The translations under genes and the position numbers were made by a program. A stretch of 64,000 nt of DNA, from the NCBI RefSeq assembly GCF_964355755.1, contig NC_092671.1, positions 10,292,001-10,356,000 of the forward strand. Direction: 5' to 3'. Below are positions 13,001 through 25,000 of this stretch, piece by piece; the stretch's first letter is position 1; each line of letters starts with the position of its first letter. Below the pieces are notes generated by a model that saw nothing but the letters and a program-made list of their open reading frames with translations, was not told the DNA's origin and did no database searches. The DNA is from Antedon mediterranea. Taxonomy: Eukaryota; Animalia; Echinodermata.

Positions 13001-16000
13001 GTAGTAAATAAATGTATTAATGTTACATATGTGCTAGATTTTTTCTTTGTAAAGATAGCTAATATTTGTTTATGTAGAATTAAAAAAAACCTTTCCATTT
13101 AAATTAACAGCCATAAATTGTCCTATTTCAATGACTTGGGATAAATTGTTATGTTCACGTAGCTTTGTATACTTCTAATGTTACCCTCTCACATTACGTA
13201 ACCAAAATTACCCTATAAATTTCTCACTTGCGTGTATATCACCGATATTAACAATTTGTTCATTGACGTCAATATGCAAAACCTTGGCCTTCTACAAGAC
13301 GGATCTTAGACAAAAACGGTTCTTGTTAGAATGGCTACTAATGCGTCCCTACGCTGACAGATTGCTTAATTGTTATTGTATAGGATTTAGATAATTCAAA
13401 GAAAGGAATTGTACCCTGCATGGTAATTAAAGTCCTCATAAGGTAATCCAATTGTAAAAATGTCTACAGTAATATATCTGTGTTGTCGGTAATGACGGAT
13501 GATGGGCAATAAACTATGATACATTTTTAATGCAAAAATTCATTCAAAGATAACGGTAACATTTAATAAATAAAAGGTTAAAGATGTATGGAAAAAACAT
13601 TTAAAAAAAAGAAATTATGAAAAGATTAACAAAATCAGACTTTGAATAGACTATTTTGTAGTTTTAATCAAGTGAATTACTTCCATTTTAATTTAAAGAA
13701 ACAAAATCTGAAATGTTATATTTAAATTAGTCACCTAATTATGCACAGTTCTCATTCAATCAAATTTGAAGGTAACATGGCATAAGCTTATATTTACTTT
13801 TAATGTTCAGTTTCGCTAAATTTAATTTGTACATTTAAAATGTATATTGTACTATTGTAATTTGATTATGTATAAGACAATATATTTAATATTTATTTAT
13901 ATTTATTTTACTTACATTTAATTATACTCACTAACATTTTAAATTAAATTACACTCAGTTAAAACTTTGAAACTAAAAACCTTAGCTCTACTATAAACTG
14001 TATACATATTGGTTTGTGAAGTTAGCTGTGAGGGCAGTATTAATATTTGTTTCACATGATATATGAGAGTATCTGTTAATGACATTGAAAATTGAGATAT
14101 TCTCAGGAGGTGTTGATTATATGCATTTGATACCTTCATATAATGCTCTCTAATATATCAACATTCTTTACTATAATTCTATGTTTTATATCATCATTAT
14201 CAACTAAGGCCTTATTCACACTTGATTTTTTTGGTCAAATTGAGCAGTTGAACTCTATATGTGAACTTTATTCAATCAATCGTACATTTGTTATAATGGT
14301 AACCACAATAAGGTATAATATTACAGTAGATTTTTACAAAAAAACAAGACCAATATAAATATTAATTATAAAAAATATACAATGATTATTTACAGTAATG
14401 ATAATAATAAAAATGAATTGTTTATATTGACTATTATTGGAAACAGAAGTTGAAAAATAAAATACTGGAAAGTTTAATTCAGTCAAATCTTCTAAGTTCA
14501 CACTTGGATTCATTATATCTGTTTTACCATGATGCTGGGTAAAGCAGGTAAGAATAAACTTATTTTAATTTCACTCTTTACTGGGTAAACTTCTGACACT
14601 AACAGACTTGTGGTGCCATTTACGAAAACTAAAACTGGTAGCAGTTCGTTTTCGGTCCTCGGACCTCAATATTGGAATGAACTGCCCACTTACTTTCACT
14701 TTTTAAAAAGAAACTTAATATCCATTTACAGTGTGGGATGATTAGGTGACTCGCCCGATGACTCCAGTATCTATGGCAGGCCTGATTACCTTTTCTTTTG
14801 TGTATCTTATATTTTTTTTTATTTAAGGTTTTTGATGTTGTGTATCTTGTGTTTTTTGCAATTTTTATTTTAGATTTTTGATGACTCTCAGGAGTAAAAT
14901 AATAAAAAATATAAATAAATAATATAAACTATTGATAGCATTGTTTACTTACCCTGCCATTGGTCCTCCTTTTGATAGGTCATACACTTGTCTTGGGTTC
15001 AACAAATACTGAAACTTTCGTTCTATTTTTTCTCCTTGACGACCTCCACTCTTAGGATTCACAAATACTAGAAGAGGATGGGTACCAACCGGGGGTGTAA
15101 CCTTCACAAAAAGAAAAACATTTACTTAAATAAATATCAAAACTAAAATCTCACCAGTCAAAACCCTCCTTTGGAACCCCTTCAAAGAAGACACTTTCTT
15201 GTGAAACAAATGAGGGACAATATATGTTTTAATACTGTGGCTAATTCCTATTCAGTGGATATCCCTATTAGGGAGAAAGTTGTTGTGTCGTTAAGTTGTT
15301 TCTTCAATATGCATTGGCTACATTGTTTAAACATATTTTGTCCCTACTGTAAAAAACTAAATTATGGAAAATGCACAGACCAAGTCATCTATATTTTTGG
15401 AAGACAAAATTATCTTGAAAGATATTTAACCAAGACAAATAGATCTATACGTATATTGTTACTCTACTTGAAAAATATAAATCGGATGCATATCTGAAAT
15501 ATTTCTTCTTTAATATTTGTAATCAAAATCCAAATTGAGACCAGTCTAGTCTTTGTGTTATATAACATTTTTCAAAAATGAACTTTTCAACCTTTCCTGT
15601 ATTATAACCTTTCCAAAAACATATTTCAATAAATTTTCTGCTTTAAAATTATTGAAAATTGGTGAATAATTTAAATCAGCAATGTATGCAAATATTATAA
15701 TACTAATCAATTAGTTATAAGAGAAAATTTATAAATATTTAGATACCAATATTTTCTGAGAAAAAAACTCATGCACACCTGGATTTTAGTCAATAATTGT
15801 TAACAGTGAAAAAAGAGAAAAATTCACAACTGAATGACATGACATTCACTGATTATGGAAAATATGGTAATTTTTGATATTGAGTTATAAATGAAATAAA
15901 TAAATAAGCACGAATGTGCGATACTCGGGGTACAACAAAAGAAGCTGTAATGACGTCATAAGACGGGATGTGACGTCACATACACATCAATAACCTCGCT

Positions 16001-19000
16001 ACCAAATACGGCTATACGGTACCATCTTCGAGACGTCATATGGCTGCATCCGGTTTGAAATTAAAAAATCCAGCTCTATAGCTTTGAGGACATGTCCCTG
16101 TAGTATATTCATGCCAAATCCCAGCTCAATACTACAACGAATAAGGGAGGAGTAGTACTTTATAAATCGCACTTTTTACTCAATAGTGCTGGATGGAAGA
16201 AGAGAAGATGAGAGAGTCCTAAACTCGGGTATCCCAAGTAAAAATAAATGGCGGGTGGTTTGGGGTGGCGTGGTTTAATTTTGATTTGAAGTCTATCCTC
16301 ATCACAATGTAATGTTTCTTTTATAAAATTATGTTTATTTATGTATTTAATTTATTAATTTATTCTTAGTAGGGGAATCCTTGCTGTTACATATGTGAAT
16401 TAATATAAAATATATTTTTTTTATTTCATTTCCAAATATACAGGGCACCTGCTGTGGAAACAATACAAAAAAGGCTTTCAAAATGTATAATTGTTCAAAT
16501 AAAAAAAATAAAAAAATATATAAAATAAATGTATTAGTTTAATTTGAGTTCTTTTCAGCCTCTGGTTACCAACCTCCTGTCGGTCAACTTACCTGTAATC
16601 CTTGTCCATCTACAGACATTGAATCTGTCCGTGATACTGTACGACGAGAGGTTTCACTATCTTCGGATGCTGAACTATCTTTGTTTGTAGCCATCTTTCT
16701 TTCCTGTAAAAGAAATTTAAGTAATCCTTATTTTATATAGTGATAAGTCTATGAGTGCTGCTTACCAGGGTAAACAAATAATAGCCTTCTCTCTCTCCGA
16801 AGAGAGAATCATTTACGAAAAGAAGAAATTCAATCATCCCTATAATGTATTGGAAATGTCTGAGAACCACACCCTATAGTGGGCAACCACCCACATATTT
16901 TTTATATTAAAGTGTTTTCAAAGCAGGAATTGTTAAGCATTTCATAAAAAATACACGTTAGAATTGATAATCTGAAGTAGAAAATTCAATCATCAGCCAA
17001 TTCTTTCCAATTCTTTTTCAATATCATGCTTGCTCACACAACTTCAAATTTTCAAAAGCACCTTAATACAATAGCTAGATTACAATGGTTCATTGAAACA
17101 TATACAGTAAATAAAAACATCATAAGAAGCTAATAGTTTTTGAAGCAAAAATGAAATTAAATATTACTGCCAGGACAAAGTAATAATAAATGAACTAAAA
17201 AGAATGTTGTATGTATAGCCTATTAAAAGATGACCTGTCTCATAAAAATGGGTCACATGTCCAACCTGATCATATAGAAATATCTATATTAATTTAAAAG
17301 AATATTTTGTGAGGCTTGTGAAATGTCTTTGGGATTACTATTTTATTCAGTTTGTTACGGCTTATTAAAAGACCGCATCAAGTTATAACAGAAACCATAA
17401 TGTATAAGCTTTTTAATAAGTGCTTATGCAGTTAAATAGTCATACTATTAACTCTTGGTAATAATTTAAGACAACATGAAAAATAAATCATCTTTAAAAT
17501 ATAAAAAAAAAAAAGCATATTACTTCTACGTAATAAGACTATAGGTTTTTAAGCCAGATCAGTTAAATCTGACTTGTCCATGAATGCAATGCTTAAACGA
17601 GGGTCAAATATATCTGGGTACCATAAAATATTAAGCTGGTTCATTTAGTTCATTTAAAAATAATTCAATAGTCTTAGATTAATTCACAAAATGACAGCTT
17701 TAAAGTTCACAGTATATATAAATGTATTTGGTTAAATTGTGTATGCAGAGAGCTATCTTATTTTTATACCTCCCTGGTGTATGATGGTGTAGAGCAAATT
17801 ACTTTTAAGGATAAACTTTGAAGAATTATTTTTTTTCATCTTCAATTTTCATGCTTTTGGGGACATCTTTAAATGATACCATAACCTATGACATGATAAA
17901 TTTGCAGAACAGAAACCATCTTTATACTTCTAAATAGAAGTGGAATGAGAATTCCATTACAGTGCTAAATTTATTGTAAAAATATTCAATATATAGTTAA
18001 TTGTTGCTATTTAAAAAAAATAATTCAGTCTTAGATTAATTCACAAAATGACAGCTTTAAAGTTAATTAGGCTGGGTAATCATCAGGAATAGTCCTGAAC
18101 AGGGAGATGAGCGCCTCTGCCCACCGATGAGTTTCGGGATCTCTTTGACCCGGAGGGAGAGTACCCGTCAGGGTCCCTACCTAGGGTTACAGGTCCTAGG
18201 TTTTTAGTTGTTTTAATTAGTGTTCCATGACCTTCTCATCAAAATTAATGTCTCTCATTGTTGTGCTATGTCAACATAATGTCAATGACGTCGAAATGTC
18301 CCCAATAATGGGGATAGTTATGCAAACAAGTAACAAGTAAATGTATAAAACTTAGATATTTACCTCTATACAACTTGTTTGTTTGTTTAGGCCACCACTT
18401 TTTTTCAGTGAATTAACACGTCCCTATGAAAATAGACCATTATTTCAACATTTATTATGTTATTCAAGTCAAACATATAACACGGTTTGAAATTAGTTAG
18501 TCAACAGTATAAATTAAAAATCTTAAAAATATAATGATGAAGCTACTGATTTTCAAGGATGCCAGCTCTGAGGGCTCACGTTATATAATAAAAAGCCCAG
18601 TCTACACTATCAAAACTAGTTTAACAAAAAAAAGTGTGATGTGTCCAAATATGGTAGTGATATGCCCATATATGGTAGTGATATGACATCATCATGTCCA
18701 TATATGGGCAAATCACATTTTTTTGTCAAATAAAATTTGATAGTGTAATAAAAAAATAATGTCATGATAATGATATCATATATGCTGCCCTCTATATGTT
18801 TTCAATAATAATATTAACTGCTATAAATATATTATAGTCAACTCTCCGAATTCTGAAGTCAGTGAAGACAGGAAACTGTCCTCTTCCAAAATTATTAATA
18901 ATAAAACCTACATTAAAAAATCCCTACGTCACAGGACTGTAACCACCAATTTTTCACAGAGGCCTTTGACAACCCAGTGGCTTGAACAGAGATTGTTCCT

Positions 19001-22000
19001 TTTCTTGCGAAAACTGGCTACATCACTGCGTCAAAATAATTATAAATAGCTACGGTTGATAGTCAGATGCTGTAACTTAAATAAAGGTGACCATGCTTAC
19101 TAGTACTGCTGGGCAGATAGCTGTAGGTGGTAAAATATGATCTTTGAATTCACCCATATTGCATTCTGTTTTTACATGAGATTTACACTTATCGTGTAGC
19201 TGAAAGTAAACAAACAACAATTAGATAGACAGTAAAGTGCAATTACATGATATATGACTATTATTGCAGGGGGTGTAGCTAGAAATGTCTATAAGGGGTG
19301 GGGTTTTAAAGATGTGGGTGTGGTTCAAAAACAAAAAAATAGTGCATACAGTGCTTTTAGGAATCAAGATGGTTTTAAAATGTTTACTGTGTGACTTGCC
19401 TATGAAATTATTTGGGGGCAATCACCACTATTAAAGGGACACTTCGCCATGAAATGAATTTGGGGGCAATCACCCTATTAAAGGGACACTACCCCCTGAA
19501 ATGAATTTCGTGCAATCACCACGATTAAGGTGACACTTCCCAATGAAATGAATTTGGGGAAATCCTCTGGATTAAGGGGAAATTTACCCATGAAATGAAC
19601 AGGAGAGCATACCTATTAAAAGGACACTTTCCCATGAAATGAATTTTGTGCAATCATCCTGATTAAGGGGACACTTACCCATGAAATGAATTAAGGGCAA
19701 TCCCTATTCAGGGGACACTCCTATTAACAGTTTGTTGTGTTGTCCCGAAAGTATCTCTTCTTTATGATGACTTACCCTGATCTTGCACCATCTACAATGT
19801 ACTCCAGTAATGCCATTGTAACTCTTGATTGACTTTTTACAGCGGCTACATTTACCTGGGCAATTTCCTTCCACCCAATGATGGGTCATTACCTCCTGAT
19901 AAAATAAAATGCATTATAAATAACTAATTAACACTTTAAATAATTCATCTGATTCATGTCATGTTATATTAATGTTCTAAATAATATTCAAATAAAATAA
20001 TCACTCTAAAAAACCATGTTGATATCAGGATGAGAATTAAAATCATTACTCCTGTTTGCTCAGTACCCACTTCCTTGGGCTTGAATCTAACCCTATTGGA
20101 AGCTCTAGAGGTATGATCTGGAAGATCGAGTCTCACCCAAACTTATTAAGTACGATTGCTATTACTATATACACACTAAAATTAAGTTGCAGATGTATAA
20201 CTAATTTATTCTTCAATAATTTATGAAGAAAAGATTTCTAAAAAATAATAAGATCACTATTATTTTTTCTAAAGATAGACAGAACTTACGGCATTCCAAT
20301 TTTGTGAAAGGTAAACTTAAAATTGATAAGGTAAAACAATAAAACTTTTAATCATAATGGGTCATGCAACTCAGTCATACACTGCAACTATCCAGATATA
20401 AAAACATGCTAAAATATGGCACAATAAACCCACATTAAACTGTACTTAGATACAAGCCAGAAAGTTGTGAATCAAGATTATGATAATTAAGGGCAGATCC
20501 AGGGGGTGCTTAAAATAATAGATATTTTTTTCTTTAGGAAAATGATATCATAACAAATAATTATAGTTCAATTTTAAAACAACAGTTTGTTCATCTATAT
20601 TAATGTTTTATTTTACAAAAATATTGTTACTATAGTTTAAGATTACATTCTGTGAAGGATAAAATACAGTTTATCTGTATTAAATTCCTGAATAATAATT
20701 GATCAATGCTAAAATGATCAGAAAGACACCTATTGTAAATTACCTTTTTACACAATCATAAAAAGGTTTGCATACACATTTAGAAATAAAAGCATCGGAA
20801 CTAAATGCTTTATTTTTAAATGTAGGAAACATGAAACAAACAACCAAGGGTTTACAACATTACGAATGTCTACTAAGGCGTGGTTCCCACTTGTGATGCA
20901 ACACAATGACGTACGAGCAACGCAAACGAGTTGACCAATAAAATGAATAATCCATCCCTTGTGATTGGTCAAATCACTTACTTTACGTTTTGTCTTTGCG
21001 TTGCGTCGCTAGTGGGAACCAAGCTTTGATGTGATTAACTGAGCATGCCACACCCCAGTGTATAATTTAGAAAAGGAGGGGAAGAAAGCAAGATAAGAAA
21101 AGATGAAATACAGAATTTAAATGTAGGAGAAAAGATAAAGAAGAGGAAAAGAATTAGTATCTGGAGAAGAAAATAACTTGTTTTTAATTGATACAACTTG
21201 GAAAAAAAGATACTTTGCTTTAAATCTTAGCAAATGTCAAGTTTTATTGACATGGCACATTTGTCTAAAAGGCAGAAATGTGCAAGAAGAAAAGTAGGTC
21301 CCTGGATAATAATCAAATAGACCACATAGGTCCCTGGTTATTAATAGAAAAGAACCATGAATGTGTTTACTGTATTCTATTTTAACCAATACTTCTCCTC
21401 TATGACATGAAACACCAACTCTATTTAAGTTGACACCATTCCCCACAGAGCATGTGCAAACAAAGCCATGGAACCTTAATGACCTGAAACCTGTTGTCTC
21501 CAAGCCCAGATGGTTCACCCGCGTTAATTATATTACACCATATTTGCATTATGAATGTTTCTTCTGTTTACAAAGTGTATTAATCAAATGTGTTTGTGAA
21601 ATTCAATATCTCTTTCCAATATTAATTACCATTTCTAATTTATAGTGCAGATATATCAAATATTTGTCATTTTGGTTATTATTCTACCACCAAAAGGTTA
21701 ACAAACTAATGCATACTAAAAAAATACTGTCACAACAAAATATAGACTATATAAATAAATAATAAGTAAGAAAGAATAAAGTACAACAATTAAAATCACA
21801 AGTAAAATATAAATTAACTGTAAAATATTTTCTTTTAAATAACAAACATATGACGCATGCAATGATGAACAGAAATCTAACATAAAGATGACAATTAAAA
21901 TGATAAATACTATGACAATTTACACAATTGGAAAAATATATATATATAGTTAGAAAAACACAAGTGTCTAATATTTAACTGTAACGGCCAGAAGAATAAC

Positions 22001-25000
22001 ACCTACCGAAGTTTCCTGGCCACTGAGGCTGTTGGATGACTGCTAAGGGTACAAGTAACAATAGAGTAAAGAACACATTACCATCATAGAATTGTATATA
22101 AAACATACTAGAGTCAAAATCTGTATTAATGCGGGTATAAGCCCACCCCGGGGTAAAATTCCTTTGCCAGATTGATATATTCTCTGTAGAACTGTACTCG
22201 TAGTCAGATCTTACATTTAGTATTTTTTGTTTGTATTGTATTAAAATCTAATTTATAATAAATGAGATTGTTTCATATTAAAAAAACTATGGCATACATG
22301 TGTCTACGGTTTGTAGATATTATATTATTATTATTTCTCTAGAGCTCTTTGAATGGATTACTTTAATGTTATTAGTAACACCATTTGTATTGATTATAAG
22401 GTATTTGGAAGGGGAAATCCCTAGGACGAGAATAAAGAAAAGGTTGCTTTTAATGGGTTTTTTGGAATAACAAGGGCAGTCAGAAATAAGGATGTTTTTT
22501 AATTCAACAGAACTTTACAAACTTTAGGTTCAAAAGTTCTTTCCCACTACAATCGAAAAATAGTATTATGAACATTTTTCCGGAAACCCAGCCATTTTAA
22601 ATTTTGGGTGATTGGGAGAGTGTCTAGTGTTTTTAATACAACTCTATGGCAGCAACATAGAAACATTTGCAACAGAGAAATTTTTACAATTGAAGGACCA
22701 ACAAACAATTTAAAAAATCAGTACAGCATATTAAGAATAATTTAAAAGCAAATATTATTTTTAAAAAGAATTGAATTTAATAACCTATTTGTATGTAGAG
22801 TTACAAATGAGTGAATAACTGAATAATATAGTCAATAAATACATGAAATGTATGAAATATAAATGATAAATACATGTGTAGAATAAATAAATATATCTGT
22901 AGATGTATGTATGCTAAGTACCACCCACTGTTAGATTAAGTATGTACTTTTGAGTCGATGTGTATAATGTTGATATAATGCCCAAGATTAAAATAATGGT
23001 GATTAAATATTTAAATTTTAAAGATCTTTTTGCCATTAATGTGCCAAAAGACGGGTTATACTTGTTAGCTATTTTCACAAAATTCTAAAATAATGAACAG
23101 TTTATTTTGGAATAAAATATAAATTTTTAACAAAATAAAACACACCTACATTTAATAGAGGGCCCACTACATGATGTTAAATACGCCAGTATGCATTGGA
23201 GGACATATTATCATAAATGTTATAAATGCATAGAATTAGCATCTTCACCCCAACATTTTTAGAAATTTTCATGAAAAATTGGTCAATCCACAACTTTTTA
23301 TATTTAATTTCTATGAAACTTTTAACAAAGCGCCTTATCTCATCCCAAAAACAAAATCATCAAAAGAGTTAATCATCGAGTATTAGCAGAAAAGTTAAAT
23401 TAGTACTTAAATATTTATATTACTAATATTAATATGAACAATCATACAGGTATAATTTGTTATGTATTACGATGATGAAGGGCTAGTGTTGCATTAAAGC
23501 TCTGCTAATTTTTTTGCCACTTTTACTTTATCGTTTTGTATCTCCATTGAGATCATGCCACTGATTATAATTATACAAATGTATTTTTTTTTTTTTTCGT
23601 TTATGGGTCTTGCATGACAAGAAATATCTTCTTGCAAGATCCTCTATTAATGATATTGTAGTGTCTCATTATATATTACCACTTTTTTTATTGGATTGGT
23701 TTTACCATTGATAGAAACTAAATGTTGAATTTAAATGTTGAATTGATACCCACAGTATTGTCCCTTTTTTTTAGTAATTTACCTTTGGATTAATATATTA
23801 ATTACAGTTATACATTGTCAGTATGGAGAGTTGGACATTTGTTGTAGGTACCTGCTGTGTGAATGGAGGACACAAAAGGTAACAGATGATTGTATGTTTT
23901 AATGTCCATGCTGCTGTACAAATTAATTTAATTAAATTTGATAAATACGACTTAATTTATTATATTTTATGTGAATATGTAAAAAAATATACATATGTTG
24001 TTAATTAGATAGAACAGAAATTTTGCAGACATTGATTCTTTGAAAAACATTAACATTTTGAGAAAAAAAAATTACAATTAAGAAACTGTAGTGAATTAAG
24101 TGTGAAAGCATGTATTAATAGCTTTTGTTAAATACATTTATATGCATAGTATAATTCTGTTTTAATATACGCTAACTTACAACTGCTCCTGCCTTCTTGG
24201 ACTTCATGTACGTGTTGATACACGTTGCTGGCGCGTGCTTTACGCATCGTTCATGCACGGTGTATTTACAAACTGAAAAAAAAAATAGAACATTCATTAA
24301 AATTCAAATAATTTAATACAATTTGCTTTAGTTTCAATTTCAAATTTCCACAAAAGTACATAACAACATTGTGTGTAATATTATAAAATATGATAATACT
24401 GTATAAAGCAAAAGAGGATGTAGACACCAACGAAAAGTTAATTATTTTGTTAAGGAAGAGGATGAGAGTCATGTAAAGTCATAAGGCCTAAAAAAAAAAA
24501 TTGTTTGTTTGCTGTCAAGTTTTTAAAAAGTTTTTTTTTTTTTTTTTTTTTAATGTTAATTTCTCTGTTAATTGTACGCGAATTTGAGAGTAACAAAACA
24601 CACTGAAAAAACAACGAGCTCAAACATCTATTCATAATTTGTTTCACACTTTAATTCTGTTTTGGGCGCGTTAGGCCCGGTGTATAAGACGCACCCTTAA
24701 TTTAGAGGTTAAATTTGCATGTCAAAAGTGCGATTATACACCGAAATATACGCTACGTTATTATTTTTATTGTTTCATCTTCGCACACTCGATTTTTACA
24801 CCTTTTCGGCCAAAAAAAATCATAAAAAAACTTTTTTTTTAAAAGCGCCCTCAATGTAAAAAAAAAACCTTTTTCTTATCTCCGCCCCAAATTTTTGGCG
24901 AAACTAGGGGCGTCGGATGACAGCAAACAAACTATTATTTTTTTTGGGCCTAATTTAAAATGACACTAACAGAAGAAACCATGCCACAAGAAAGCTAAAA

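Noticed and set aside
20290-20315. Possible microexon ending at a strong gtaagt donor
   Set aside because: The nearest acceptor gives 26 nt, which shifts the frame, and its pyrimidine tract is weak.
22330-22628. Helitron 3' end (gagagtgtCTAGt)
   Set aside because: No convincing subterminal hairpin or 5' TC boundary was found.
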